DNA from: Tubulanus polymorphus
Lineage: Eukaryota; Animalia; Nemertea
NCBI RefSeq assembly: GCF_964204645.1
Contig: NC_134035.1
Span: 1,860,001-1,924,000, forward strand
Length of the DNA: 64,000 nucleotides
Direction: 5' to 3'
Shown here: positions 11,801 to 26,800 of the stretch, piece after piece
Numbering within the stretch: position 1 is the first letter of the stretch
How the letters are laid out: the number at the start of each line of letters is the position of its first letter
Program-made: the position numbers and the translations under genes
Notes under the pieces: model-generated
Seen by the model: the letters and a program-made list of their open reading frames with translations, nothing else
Told to the model about the DNA's origin: nothing
Databases searched by the model: none

Positions 11801-14800
11801 CTTATAAAACCACCAAATTAACGTGTTTACTGAGATAAACAGTTCAGTAAGTTATTGATTTGTGATTACTGATTAATTTGAACAGAAATATGAAAGATGT
11901 TACTGAGAGTCTTACGGTTGACTACTGATTAATTTGAACAGAAATATGAAAGATGTTACTGAGGGTCTTACCCACTTGATTACTGATTAAATTGAACAGA
12001 AATATGAAAGATGTTACTGAGGGTCTTACTGTTGATTACTGATTAATTTGAACAGAAATATAAAAGATGTTACTGAGGGTCTTTCTGTTGATTACTGATT
12101 AATTTGAACAGAAATATGAAAGATGTTACTGAGGGTCCTACTGTTGATTACTTATTAATTTGAGCCTCATTGTTTTTAACACACAGATGATTACGGCTTG
12201 GTCCGATGTTTTTGGCACAAATTTAACCCGAGTCGAACAGGCACGGACCTATTGGCAGCAGTATGAACTGATGGCCCGGGTCAAAACGCTCGCGTGGCTT
12301 AAAAAACTTTGAAATGTTTTTCTGAGAGGTTGCTGAAGTTAGCAGAGCCGCGTAGGGTGCGGTATGTCCGTGTCAGGGGAAAGCCTGAGTAAAGCCTCAG
12401 TGATAAGCTGCTCATTGATGTTGTTTATGTTATTATTGTAGGTGGATTCATTGTTTAATCTACGTCGTCCGTACGATCTCGTAGCGCTGCTCAAACAGGA
12501 GGAACGAGCTGATCTTCTCGAACGACTGAAAGGTGAACTGATCACTCAAAAACAAGTCATCGATAAAAACGAAGATAAAGATGTCGGTACGTTAACGAAG
12601 ATAACGAAATTGTTATTGTTGCCATATATTGCATTACCATCCTCTTTGTCCCAGTAGACCCATTGTACGCTTAGTGAAGATTCAAACCTGATGGCATCAT
12701 GAAACTCTGCCACGATATAAACCTTGCAGTATGTGGTGGTTCCAATAGTCATGACTTCGGCTATATAGTCAATGTAACGAGTTAAGACCAGTCTAATGAT
12801 TTAAGGCCACTTTTGGACTCAACAATAGAAACGGCTTGTGGTTAACTTGCTTGTTTTCTCTGCAGCTGCTGTTTGTTCAAAAGTTGGTTAGAGTTAACCA
12901 ATGGATAGTTGACATAGTTACGATTAGAAGTTCGTCATGACTTTGGTATTTATCCGCCGGTTATCTTTAACCAGCTTTTTGACCTACTGCAGACCCTACC
13001 CATCGTCCTTCAATATTCCTTTAATATGTTTTTGACGTTATTACAAGACAATTTCAATTGATTCGCCTGATATTGTTGTTTTTTATTTGTAGGTTTGGAG
13101 CAGCGATTTTACAAGACGAACGTTGACTGTCAGCTGGCTGGTAAACCGCTGCCAGAATTCGATCTTTACATTTCTACCGTTTTACCTCTGGAAAATAAAG
13201 GCATCAGGTAATGATGTGTACCCCGTTCACTAGAGCCGCGTTGACACTATCGCTAGTTAGTCCCGTCGAATTTCAACGTATTTTTGACTCGGCTGTTATC
13301 ACTGGTCCAGGTGGACGTAACGCTGTGATTGACCAGCGATATAAGCAAAGTTTCTATTCACACGCATAGAATCGTCCATTCTAGAATTTTAGAACGTATC
13401 AGTATTTTAGTAGGTCTGAATTGGTAAATTCTAAAAATAGAATAGATTGACTTAGAATTGACGTATCAATTGTGCGACATTCATTCCATCCTAAATTGGA
13501 ACGGGCTATATTTTGAACGTTCTGAATTATGTGTAGGGTGAATGCGGCTTCCGGCAGACGCTTGTCATGATGTCCACGTTTGTGAGGTCATCAGCCTGGA
13601 ATCGCTACGCGAGTAGATGAGTCTACTACTAGGGCAGGAGTGTGTACTGCAACAGATTGAAACTTGAATTTGATCTTTTCTTTTTGCGTTACAGACCGGA
13701 AGAACATTTATCTTCGACGAAGAAATCTAGCGCCATTCCTCAATCGGGTTTTACTTCACCGAAATGTGTCGAGATTATTCCATTAGAATATAGCATTCAT
13801 TCATTCGAACATCTAGAGGTACAGTACAGAAACTATCATTTCGGTTTTCAAAGATAAGTGAATGTTTAGTATTTAGAAAACTGAAATATCATGCATTAAC
13901 AACAATACAAGGTTACCTATGTGATGCCTGTATCTACTAACTAGGATTCTGTGAGTGAGGAGTTGATTTTAGGGGGAGATACCTAGGTTAGAAATTATCA
14001 ACTCACTGTGAAATCATGCAGTTACAAAAAGGTTACTATGTGATGAGTGTATCTACTAGGATGCTGAGAGCGAGGAGTTGATTTTAGGGGGAGAAACCTA
14101 GGTTAGGATTAACTGCTGTGAAATCTGAGTTTTCAGAAATGATAGCCCACTCAATGTTGCAGTGTTTAAACAAATCAGAACAAAGGTAGATTGGTAATAG
14201 AAGATATGCCCGGTTTCAAATAGCCCTAGCACTCTTGTGGTTGTTATGTGTTACGCTGTTTTGTTGTAACTGTAATAAATCAATGTTTGAAAATAGCGAA
14301 TAGAATTGGGTTGAAAGGTCAAGACAACGTTAATTGAGAGAGATCATTCAGTATAATCGAGAACTGTGAAATTGTTTTACGGTGGTTATTTCTTCATCGA
14401 TCTGTGTACTGAATTTATATATTTTTTTCAGGGTATCAAAAATCGCCACAATCTAACGGGTAGCCCGGAGCTGGGCGTGAGGAGCGCGCTGACCTCGAAG
14501 GAAAAGGTCGATGAATACGGACACGCGATTAACGAAGCCCTTTTAAAAGTGAGTTTCACCGACACAATGTGCATTCAGAATTAATACCCCAACCCGGTAG
14601 AGATGATGCAAATAGCATAGATCATTAGTTTAAAACCAGCTATATACAAAGGTTAAAAGATTAAAAGATAAAATTAAAAGACATAATGTTTCAAACTCTC
14701 TTACTAACCGCTAATTACCTATTCATTCAGAAGTTCACCAAATTACAGTCAACCCCCGGATATACCGCCCACATCGGTGCAGAATGATTTTAGCGGTATA

Positions 14801-17800
14801 GAGAGTATGGCAGTATATCGGGGGTGTTATACTATTTATTTATATTGAGATGTACGTTGAGAAAACCTGGCAGGGGTGGCGGTATATAGGAGGGCGGTAT
14901 ATCGGGGGTGTTTAACTATGTATTTGTATAGAGATGTACATTGAGAATACCTGGCGGTAGGCGGGGGTGGCGGTATATGGGAGGGTGATATGGCGGGGGT
15001 GTTTTAATATTTATTTGTATCGACATGTACATTGAGAAATCCTGGCGGTAGGCGGGGGTGGCGGTATATGGGAGGGTGATATGGCGGGGGTGTTTTAATA
15101 TTTATTTGTATCGATGTGTACATTGAGAAAACCTGGCGGTAGGCGGGTGTGGTGGTATATGGGAGGGTGATATGGCGGGGGTGTTTTAATATTTATTTGT
15201 ATCGATGTGTACATTGAGAAAACCTGGCGGTAGGCGGGGGTGGTGGTATATGGGAGGGTGATATGGCGGGGGTGTTTTAATATTTATTTGTATCGATATG
15301 TACATTGAGAAAACCTGGCGGTAGGCGGGGGTGGCGGTATATGGGAGGGTGATATGGCGGGGGTGTTTTAATATTTATTTGTATCGATGTGTTCATTGAG
15401 AAAACCTGGCGGTAGGCGGGGGTGGCGGTATATGGGAGGGTGGTATAGCAGGGTTTGTCTGTTCACGTAATCAAAATTCTGATTTCTTCGCTTTATTTTC
15501 ACAGAATCGTACGTCGTGGGTTTTATACAATCTGGCCGCGTTTTATTGGCGATTTAAAGGCAACCCGTATCAGGTGGTCGAGTGTTTACGCCGAGCGCTG
15601 CACTACTCGCCGCAACACGAGAAAGACATCGCTCAGATCAGTCTCGCGAATATTCTACATCGCGCGCGTTATTCGACGGAGGCGGCCATCGTCGTGCACG
15701 CGGCGCTCGATATTTCGAAGGAACTGAACGTTAATCATTTCACGCTGGGGAATATATACGCGGTGAGTCCAAGGATCCCGGTTACACAGTTGGAAATCCC
15801 CTTTTACCTTTGATTTTAAAAAAATTCCTGTGGTTGGGTCCCCAGACCCCCTATTTCAATAGTATGTTATTGGAAAAAATTCAATTTTCTACTGATAGCA
15901 CTTTTCAGAGATTGGCAGCCCTGTCAATTTTCTACTCAAAACAATTTTCCTTGGGGTTTTTATTGAAAAAGTAGAAAAAATCAGGTGTGTGGTCAATTTT
16001 GGACTTCAGAATCTTGAGAAACAAATTATCTATTTTGAAATCTAACTGGATCATGGAGACAATCTGGTTAAGATTTCGTTGATGTATGTTCATCTATTCG
16101 GGTAATATGAATAGTATCCTAATTTAAACCGTAGGAACTCCGAATATTTAGCGAAACTTACTTGTTAGCTTTCGCCTGTTTCTACAGGCTTGATCACACT
16201 GATGATGTCACTGCTGACGTCATCCGGGATTCCGGTCTTCCCTCGAGAATCATGGTTAAGAATGGTTAAGATTTGCGTTTCAAGTAACCGAAAATGAACA
16301 GGTCAATTTGACTGAGAAACTGATGTTTAACTTTTGGTTGATACTGGAAGGAGTGGTCGTGTTGTTGGAATACGTCATTATCAAAATGAATCGTTTTATT
16401 TTTGTGATCTAGTTGTGATGTTTTTCGTCCAGGTTCTCGGTGATTATAACAAGTCGGTCGTCTGCTTCGAAAACACGTTGAAAATCCAGCCGGATTTCGA
16501 AGCGGCCGCGAAACGACGTCACGCCGTTTTATGCCACGCGCAATTAGAGGCGGCACTGGAGGCGCAACACGAGTGAGTATTCTAGTTAGAGACATTGATC
16601 ATAACTGTTCTTTGGACAATACAAGGGAGTGTGGCTGGTAGCCATACCCTGGAAAACCTGCAAAATGCAGGGTATCAGAAAAATCTAGATAAAATCTGTG
16701 TAAACTCAGGGAATTTGACAAATTTTATCCAAAAAAAAAACAGGAAACTCTGGGAATTCGCATATTACTATTACAGGTTGTCTGGTCTGTGAAATGTAAT
16801 TAAAGTGTGTTTGCTCCCTGTCTTATTATCTTATTTATCTTGGGCTGGTTGCTCAAAAGTTGGTTAGAGTTAACCAGTGGATAGTTGATATGGTGACAAT
16901 TGAAATTTCATGGTAACTATGGTATTTAACGGTCGGTTATCTTTAACCAACTTTTGAGCAACTGGCCCCTTATGGTTAGCTTTAATGAACTTCTGAGCAA
17001 CTGACCCTTTGTCATAGTTGTCCATTATTGAAGGGGGGCAAAATTACTGAATTATTCAGTAATTTTGCCCCGCTTCATACGAAACCGGATCCCCGTAAAT
17101 TCCGAAATAATTGTGCAAGTTTCGACCGATATTTTCTCATTTGCAGATCGTTGCAACGAACCCTCGAGGATTTACGTAATTACCAGGAGAAACACGAATA
17201 CTTCCAACGCGAACAGGATAAACTATTCTACGAACGAATGAGCGAGGACGTTAGACTCAATCAACACGTTTATTACGAACGTTATAAAAACAGGGAACAT
17301 CTAATGCGTGGTGGTAAATCTCATTTTCATTGACTTCGACCCTTTCCTAATTTCCGTTTTTGCCAATATTCTCAGAATTTGGATCAATCGATCAATGATT
17401 GTTCTCTACGAACCTGGGGAAGAGTGCGCTACACAATCCGAGGTGATACCCACCATTTTTTTCCCTGGCATTCTGATATGAACGCTTAGGATATATAACT
17501 CATCTTGTTTTTTTGGGGGGGGTTAGGAAGATATGAGAGACTTCTACGAGAGACTCTCTTAACGGTGATTCTGTTCTGTTTGGGGTCTTTCCCTCTGTTG
17601 TGTTAGTTGTACGGTAAACGTTGTTATCATACAGTTGACTATCCCGTTTTACTCCTTGGCTTCATGCCAACTGGGTGTGTTTTCTATTATAGTAAAAGTA
17701 TTGAATTGAAAAAGTATGTTTAATTGTATCTAATTTTATCTTGTATGATTCATGTAATGCTGTTCCCTGAGGACCAGCATCATAAATTACTATGCGTTCA

Positions 17801-20800
17801 ATAGCGTTCACCATTCCATCACAAATTGTTTTTGAAAAGGAGCGATTTTCACACCCGGATATAACTACAATAGTGTTGACTACTTTAAAAAAAGAAATTC
17901 ATCTACAATTAAATTACTGTCCTGTTGCCAGTGCATTACAACAATGAACTCGCCGAAAATAGCCCCGATCAATTTGGGTTGTTCATAGTCATTATAAGGA
18001 TAATAGTGTGCCAATTTTGTCTCGCAATTTCATGCTGGTATTTAAATTTTAGTAAGTGAGTGAAAATCCTCTTTTGTGGCAAAATTGAAGCAGTAAAATA
18101 GACCTTGGCTAAGCGACTGGGGGTATATGCTGAATTGAATTTCAAATGAGTATTTGAGAGAAAAATGGCGTTAATCAACTCAATTTTTGCCATCGAAATA
18201 CTTCAGAAATGGCCTCTAATCATGTGGTTAAGAATATGAACTATGTAATATATGATGCACCAACTCAATCTTATAAAAAAATACCAAAGTTTTATCCGGC
18301 GTTAAAACTTACGAATATCTAATCCTCCCTCACATAGTTGGGACACTATGCAATGTCAGTTCAATTTTTGATTTTGCCCTTTCAGGTCAAACGTGTCAAT
18401 TGGTGGAAAAAGACGGTCGTAATATATTGAAATGTTCGTGGGGGCGACGTGAAGAGACGGAACCTACGGATGACCTGGACGCCGTATCGTTTTACGAGGC
18501 TGAGAAAGAACGCAAAGAAACGTACAAAAAACAGGTAATTTGTGGCAGAGTCTTGTGTACAAAAAACAGGTAATTTGTGGCTGAGTCTTGTGTACAAAAA
18601 ACAGGTAATTTGTGGCTGAGTCTTGTGTTTTCGTCAGGTTCAAATCCCTGCAAGGTAGGAAGGTGACAGAGTCTCAATGATGCCATCATAGATGGCATCA
18701 GGTTCCTTGCGAGGTAGAAACATGACAGAGTCTCATGAGTCTCATGATGCCATCTGCCAAGGAAGAATGCCTACAATTTCTCTGTGTTAATTATATTTGA
18801 CTCTTTTTGCTTAATATCATTGGATTTCATACTAAAAACACAAAGCGGTTGTAACGAAATTGTAAAATGTGTTTTCATTAATGAAATTCTAGTTGGAAGA
18901 AGAGAAAGAGAAGGAGATGCAGGCGTCTGCTCCTTCAACTACTACGCAATCGATCACTGATTACGAGAAACCCATACGACCTCCTTTATACTATAAAAAA
19001 CATCCGGAACCACCGAGTGTAAGTTTAGGTTTACTTTTCGCAATTATTTCGTTTAGCATTTACCAGATTTATTGAAATTTTATTCGTTCGCTGTTGTTTA
19101 TTTTAGGCCACTAATTTGCCGTATAGAGCGCCTCATTGGCCGTTGCTTGACGACTGTAAATCGACGAAGTATCCGGCATGGACCGACTTTCCACCGGCGT
19201 ACCTACCAGCCGAAAATAAAGGCTTCGAGTAAGTGACTCATTTTCATGAAAAACCACCTCTAAATTTCCATCTAATCGCACCCTGTATTCGACAAATTTT
19301 CAAGAAAAACTAACCCCTAAATTTCCATTTTATCGCACCCTGTATTCGACACATTTTCAAGAAAAACCACTCCTTAATTTCCATTTTTTCTTTACACCCT
19401 GTATTTGTTTGTAGGGTGAAAGCGTTGTTGTCTTCGGTGCAAGGTCTCGGCTTACACGACGAACACCCGTTGCCGTGGTACCCGCCGTCGTGCGTCGATA
19501 TCGACGACATCACCGAGAGTCCGAATCAGTACGATCATTTTCAACCGATACAGGAACGCGCTAAAGAGTCCGCACATCAACCGGACACAGACGCCAAACA
19601 GGTACGACATTTATACATTCTGCTGGCAATGATAGCGTATAGCAGCTGGTGCGGTTTTATTTGAAGCGCATAGATCGTTAATCTAAAATGGCGTAACAGG
19701 GTCCGATCTAAGGAATGAAAGCCACTTACCCGGGGGCCAAGCATATCTGAAATTTCGCTTGCCCCCGCAAAAAATACTCGCCCTTCACAGGCAGTCCGAT
19801 TGGTGGCACTATCATCTGTTGTATCGAGTGGGAAAAGGCTTTGTGACATAAAATTGCACTAGCCCGGCGGACAAGTGATAATGATAACCTACTTGCCCTG
19901 ATGATGGTATACTTGTCCCGGGCAATCGGACGAGTGCTTAGATCGTACCCTGCGTTAGTGCGTGGATGAAGACCAGAAACATTTTTCATACTGCTTAGTT
20001 TTGTGTCGCATGCACGAACTATTTACATGGATTGTTTTGTTTTCTGTTCAGTGGTTGTTGCATCTTGTTGATAAACACGACACGGCCGAAGAGGACATCG
20101 GACAACGAATTCTCACAGCTCTTAGAAAGGTAAATTGAACGTTAAGGAAAAGTCGGTTAAGTCGGCCATCCGGACCCGATTCCATATTTCTCGGTTAAGA
20201 TTTGAATGTGAAGTTTGAAAAACAAGGAACAAAACTTATGTTAACTCTGGAGTCAAATCAAACCAACTATGTTTACTATGAACCACTTTCCGCGATCCGG
20301 TTACACAGTTCTGAATTAAATTTGACTCGCATTGAAAATGAACTGATTTACAAATTGAGTTAACTCTAACTCACATCTGCGGAACCGCACTCTGAAGTTT
20401 AAATACACCTCATAAAATACATATCATTTCACACTTTGCAGAAGATCGGAGCGAAGTGGATCATGTATAATCTGGCGGCTCTGTTCTGGCGCGTGCAGGG
20501 AAATTTCTTCCAGAGTATCGAATGTATTCGTCGATCTCTAGCGTTCGTTAAGGATCAGTATCGCGACGTTCCGCTCGTCAACCTCGCCAGCATTCTCTAC
20601 AAACACGGACACATTCCCGAAGCTTTACAAGTTGTCAACGACGTATTGAAAATTAATGATCTCGAGGTAAGTTATTGTATTGGTTTAACCTCATAGTGTG
20701 TCTACACCTTTTGCTTAACTCGGTCTAACTTCTCCAGTCCCACGTCCGAGTGAGGGCTTACTGATAAGTTAAAAAGGTGTTGAGAGAAGTTAAAATGTTT

Positions 20801-23800
20801 AAATAGGTTAAGAGTTGAAAAGGTTATCCAGGGTGAACTCTTACCTGGAAACCAAGGAAAAGTCAGGCAATTTCCTTTTCTTGAAAAAAAATGGGGAATC
20901 TTATGAAATTCAGGGTAAGTCAAGGAAATTTGTTTCAAACAGTATTTGACTGTGTTAATTGATTGGATTCTTAGCAGATCAAGTCATGGAAAACAACGTC
21001 CATGTCAGGGTAGAGTCAGGGAAAAACAAGTTGAATAGTATTCAGGGGAAAAGCATGTCAAATAAAGGTCACCTTATTATCATCAAAGGTATTACTATTT
21101 TTACACGATCGTTATTTCAGCCGGCGACGAACTTCATGATGGGACATCTGCTGTCGGTGAAAGGTAACTTCACCGGCGCGTTGTATCACTATCGCGAGGC
21201 GCTGCGACAAGATCCGTTCAACAAGGAAATCATCGAAATCTACACGACCGTCGCTTGTAAGGATAAGTTTCAGCCGCCGAAACCCGCCGAACAGCAACAA
21301 CAAGAACCGACGGTTTTCACGCCGAATATGGCGAGCTGCCAATATAACGATCACCAGACGGAGAGTCGCGTCGTGTGTAATACGGTGAGTTCAACTAATA
21401 TTCATTCATTTAATTCAACGAGATACTAGCTAATCTGATAGATTAGGGTCCCTACAACTCTTTGATTCCTTGAGAACTCCTTCTTAATGGCTTTGGAAGG
21501 TGCTTGGAACTCCTCTAAATTTAGAAAAATATTAGAAACTCCTTCGATTTTGAGAAATAGGCAATTAGGCGGTTACCGAATAAGAAACTGAGTGTAAAAG
21601 ATGATAATTTGCTTAAAAAACCATCGAACCAGATAAACAGTACCTATTAAGATTTTGGATTCATCAGGTCTATTTTCTATGAAAACTTCAGTCTGATGGG
21701 CTCGACAAGTCAAACTACTACGAAATTAAATGTCAAACTGAAAACGTATCATTACCTGTAAATGCTGTATGTATATTTTACTAGGATGGACCCCCTCCCG
21801 ATCGGATCCACCTTCGTATTTGTTATCTGGTATATTTTATATCTTAATCTCATATATTTATCCAAGAATAGTTTCACGAATCGTATCATATTCAAATGCC
21901 GATAACTCAGCTAAAACTGAAAGCCTGAATTCTGCAAATGTCAACTGGAATATATTGCTAGTCATTTTCAGTAGGCTTATAGATTACCTGACTCAATGGT
22001 AATCGTAATTCAACTGATTGTGCGCTTTCAGCGAAGTTTACTGCTGTCAGTTAAATTTAGTTCTCCAATCGGAGCTGCCGACTACTGTTCCTGATTTTCA
22101 GTATTACTATTCTATAACAAGAAATACAAGAACAAGAAAATTTGATTGAAACTAAAATGCAACTGCTTGGTTAACTTGTTTTCGTACTAATAAGAGACAA
22201 GCGTCGGCTTGGGTAACTCGGATAGATGGGTTTGAGTTTGGTTTGATCACGAGATCGACCGATGATTCCCGATTATCAGCGTTTAATTTTACCGTCGTTA
22301 TTCGATTATTCAGGATCAAGGTCGAGAGATTTGCGTCGTGGAAACTCGTACTCGTAGAAGCACCGGAAATACCCATCACTACGAACTGAAGGATCCGAAA
22401 TGTGGTGAGTTCTAATTGTTCAATCGTTAAACTCGTGCGCTCATGCCTGATCCCGATGATCTCTCGCTGAGAATTTGAAATGCAAGTCGGTAGCGTGAAG
22501 AATATACAAATTTTTGGAAATTTTTAATTGATCGAACTGAAAAGGGGGTCTATAGTGGCCGTGCCCCAGAAAAATCTGATCCTCAGGTACATCCTCCCTC
22601 GGCAGAAGTTAAAACCTGATGGCATCGCGAGAATTCTGATAGTTTCGAAGTTCAGACTAAACTCAATCCTCAGAGAAACAAAAATAACATAATAATCATA
22701 TGCAGTACGGTAATTTAGAATATAGAAAGTTACTTTAGGAAGGTTAGGGACAGAGACATTTATATTTCAAAAGAAAGTGTGCTCAATATCATTACTGATT
22801 ACATCATGTTTTCACGTTTCTCTGTTAATGAAGTTCAGTCAAAACTTCGAAACTGTCGGAATAAACTGTTATCATCATTAACTGTGGGTTTTGCTCATTA
22901 CCCTGAAATACTGAGTTTGATATCAGCAGTCTATCAGGGTGACACATGGAACTGGGTCCTGGTTACTAATGACACTTCCATTTATAATTGAAATACATAC
23001 AAACTCTATATATATCTATATTCATCAAATACAGGCATGCCTAAACCCGACGCGCGTGTTAATACCGTCCGTCATTGTTCGCGTCAATGTTGTTCCAAGT
23101 GCTCCGCAAAGCCTTCCTGTTCATCGTCGCCCGCATCTAGCAACAACAACAACAATATACGCGAGAATTCGCCGCCGCGACGACACGTACCTGTCGTTAA
23201 AAAAACCAATAATACACCGCAGCAACGAGAAGTACCGACTATGAAGGCTGCGGCGTCTGCTGATAATGCGCAACCGGTACGAACCGGTTCGAATGACAAG
23301 AAGAATGGTAAAGAAACAGTTTTCATGCGATGAAATGGTGGTGCTTTTTAAGCTGGTGATCGGGTTTTCAAACGGTTTTCCGCTGTTTTAATTTAGCTGC
23401 TGATTGTACTTACTGACCTTTAAGACCTTTTTCTTCAAATGGTGTTTGTTGTATAGAAGTGGTGTTAAAGGTGCTTTGTTAATTTCTCTTTTTTCAGGTG
23501 ACAAATAATTCCATTTTAGGACCTTATACCCTACAATTCATATACTAACTCCGCTTTGTTAAACAATGATTATCATGTGCAGAATAGTTAAAAATAATTA
23601 CCGGTATTCAAAACTTTCAATAGTATTCAATAGTAAGATTGCTAGATCGTAAAATCAAACAGTTTCCGTGTATACAGTATGTCACTGTGTTAAATGATTG
23701 GATTCTTAGCAGATCAAGTCAGGGAAAACAACGTCCACGTCAGGGAATAGTCTGGGAAAGCGAGTCGAATAAAAGTCATGCCCCTTTGTTAATCTTTCAT

Positions 23801-26800
23801 ACATAATTCAAGACAGCGGGGAACGTGTAAATAATCCGTATTGATTTATCTATTTAGATGTAGTCGGACCGGATGTCGATGTAGTCGTACCTGAAGACAA
23901 AAAAGTCGAAAGCGAACCGGACATTTCAACGATGAGTAAAACGCAAGAAAAACCCGAACAATTACCGGTTCCTACGGCGAATAACGACGTGAAAGGTCCG
24001 ACGGGTCCGAGTTCGTCTGCTAGTCCGTCTATCTCTATGAAACAATCGACGACAGTGATGAGCGTCGAAAAACTAGAATCTAGTCCGGGTAATTAACTAA
24101 TCGTAGGGAACTGAGTGATGTTATTTGTCAATACCACAAATAGAAGATGTTTGTAAAATTTGAATATTTTCAGTTGCAGCCCCGACTGTAGAGCCCGCAC
24201 CGTTCAAAATTATTGTCGGTAAGTTCCATCGCTGACTGGTATAATATGATAGCCTTCGCTCAATTGCTCAGAGTCTGATCAACTTGGATATCACTCTCAA
24301 GTCAAAAGGTCGGACTTGAGCGGAGTCTATTGTATCATCCAACTCATATATCACTCTTGAGTCAATAAATCAGACTTGAGCGGAGTCTACTGTACCATCC
24401 AACTCAGATACACTCTCAAGTTAACAGATCAGACTTGAGCGGAGTCTACTGTACCATCCAACTCAGATATCACTCTCAAGTCAAAAGATTTGACTTAAGC
24501 GGAGTCCACTTTACCATCCAACTCAGATATCACTCTCAAGTCAAAAGATCAGACTTGGGCGGAGTCTACTGTATCATCAAACTCAGATATCACTCTCAAG
24601 TCAAAAGATCCGACATGAGCAGAGTCTACTGTACCATCTAACTCAGATATCACTCTTGAGTCAAAAGATCCGACTTAAGCGGAGTCTACTTTACCATCCA
24701 ACTCGGATATTGTTCCCAAATCAGACAAGTTTTCAGGTTCTCGAGCAGAGTCTGCCGTGACTGCGTAATTAATAATTCGTTTTCGTAATCTCTCATTTCT
24801 AGATGGTAAACAGGTGATGCAATTGAAAAAACTACTGCGAAAATATTCGTATTGCAGCGGTATCGACTGCCAGACGATAATATTCCAGGTATTTGATGAA
24901 ATAACATTTCAACATTCAGGCGGCATTTTGAACGTTATATATTTCTTATCGTCGTCTCATTTCAGCACGGTATTATAATGCCGAATATAAAGATCAATTT
25001 CGTGAAGGGAAAACTTCAGCGTAAATTATCGTATCGTCTGCCGCCGGAGATTCAATATGGCGTGAACGATTGCGTGGTTTTCATTGACGGAGTCACGACG
25101 CCCGGCTGTGATACGATTAAAGAGTTCGAAAACGAGGTAATCTTTCTACGGTTATATTCATTACCGGAACTCGTGCCCGGTTTTCCCTTAGATCTAGATT
25201 CACATTAGAATTAGGTTAGATTAGATAGGTTATAGTACCACGATGAGCTTAAGACCGGTCCTAATCTGTTAGATATGTTTTATTACCGGTATGCGTGCCT
25301 GGTTTTCCTTTAGATCTAGATTTACATTAGAATTAGATTAGATTAGATCAGTAATAGTACCACGATGAGCGTAGGACCGGTCCTAATCTGTTAGATTTGT
25401 TTTTAAGAATCGAAATGAGGTCAGACGGTCCCGAGGTTTTTAGTGGAACGAAAATAATTCAGTCTTACGTTGTTAGATTCGCTATAGAAAGATAAGCACT
25501 TAGCTCGTTTAGACTGGTGTAAAGTTAGATTCACAAAATAATCAAAATGAGCGTAAAACTAGTCAGAAGTTGTTAGTAGAACCAAAATGAACTCAGTCTT
25601 ACGTTGTTAGATTTGCAATAGAAACAAAATCATTTAGCTCTTTTAGACTGGTGTTAATAAGTAAGATTCAGTAAAGAATCAAAATGAGCGTAAACTAGTC
25701 ATAAGTCGTAAGAACTAAAATATGGTCATAACTGGTATTTGTTCCAAGCTTTTACTATAAACACTGGCGCCTGTTTTGTGAAGCTGTCGTCAAGCCAAGC
25801 GAGACAAATACACTGAGTTTTCCGGCGATTGTTTTATTTTTTAGAAACAAGAAGCGATCAAATTCCGTGAAGAGTTTATGCAATTCGAGGTCGGGGTGAA
25901 ATCTCAGGTGAATAACGTGTGTCCGTTGTCGGATGCTCCGGGCGCTCCGGCTGTCACTCAGTGTATCACGCAGGTCACTCGGGTATTCTACGGTATCGAA
26001 ATGCCCGATATACTCGAAGCTGAACTTCCCGGTGAGTGAATTGTGCAACTAATTAATCATAGGCCCTTTTCACTTGTACTCTTACGCAAGAGGAACCGTC
26101 TGCTTTCGATTGCCGTGTTTAGAAGATGGTGGAAATCTTTTACCTTAGATTATATTATCTACCTAAACAGTCCAATCGAAAAGAGCCCTAGTCAGATCTT
26201 GAATGACTGGACCTAGTATGTAAACCTGATTAACTCATCCTAAATTGAGTTAACCATTTCATTGCTGACTAATTAATCCCCTAAAGTGCTTAAGATAATT
26301 AGCAAATCTTAGAAATTACCGGTACATCAAAATCACTGTGGTGCAGTGCACAAGCAAAGTCATCACTGTTTTAAACATAGTGGTGTAGATGCACTGAAAG
26401 GGTTAAGATAAACCAGATGAAGAAATTAAACTGATATGTTCAATCAAACTGGGCTTTCGGTGTCGAAGGAGGTAAAATTTCGGAATTGAAAATATTGATC
26501 TATTTTCAGATGCTATGGAACACATAGAAAGTCGTCTGCTGTTGTCGTGGCCGACGTGGGAAGAATGCCAACAAAATCCTCAGGGTGTTACGAAGATTAA
26601 TCAGTTTACGTCGACCTGGCTTTCAGTGACTACTAAATCTATCGAGTACGTATCAAATCATCCGTAGAAAAATCAGCTTGAATCCGGTTTATAGCGCTAG
26701 ACTCAGAGTGACGCCAATTACCACCCTGAAATCAGGGAAGAGTCGCGGAATTTTGTTTTCTTTAAAAATCAGGGAATAGTCAGGGAATTTTGTAAAAAAG

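Noticed and set aside
17765-17812. CTGAGGA followed by a hairpin (also CTGATGA at 16199) as possible hammerheads
   Set aside because: No correctly placed GAAA box follows stem II.
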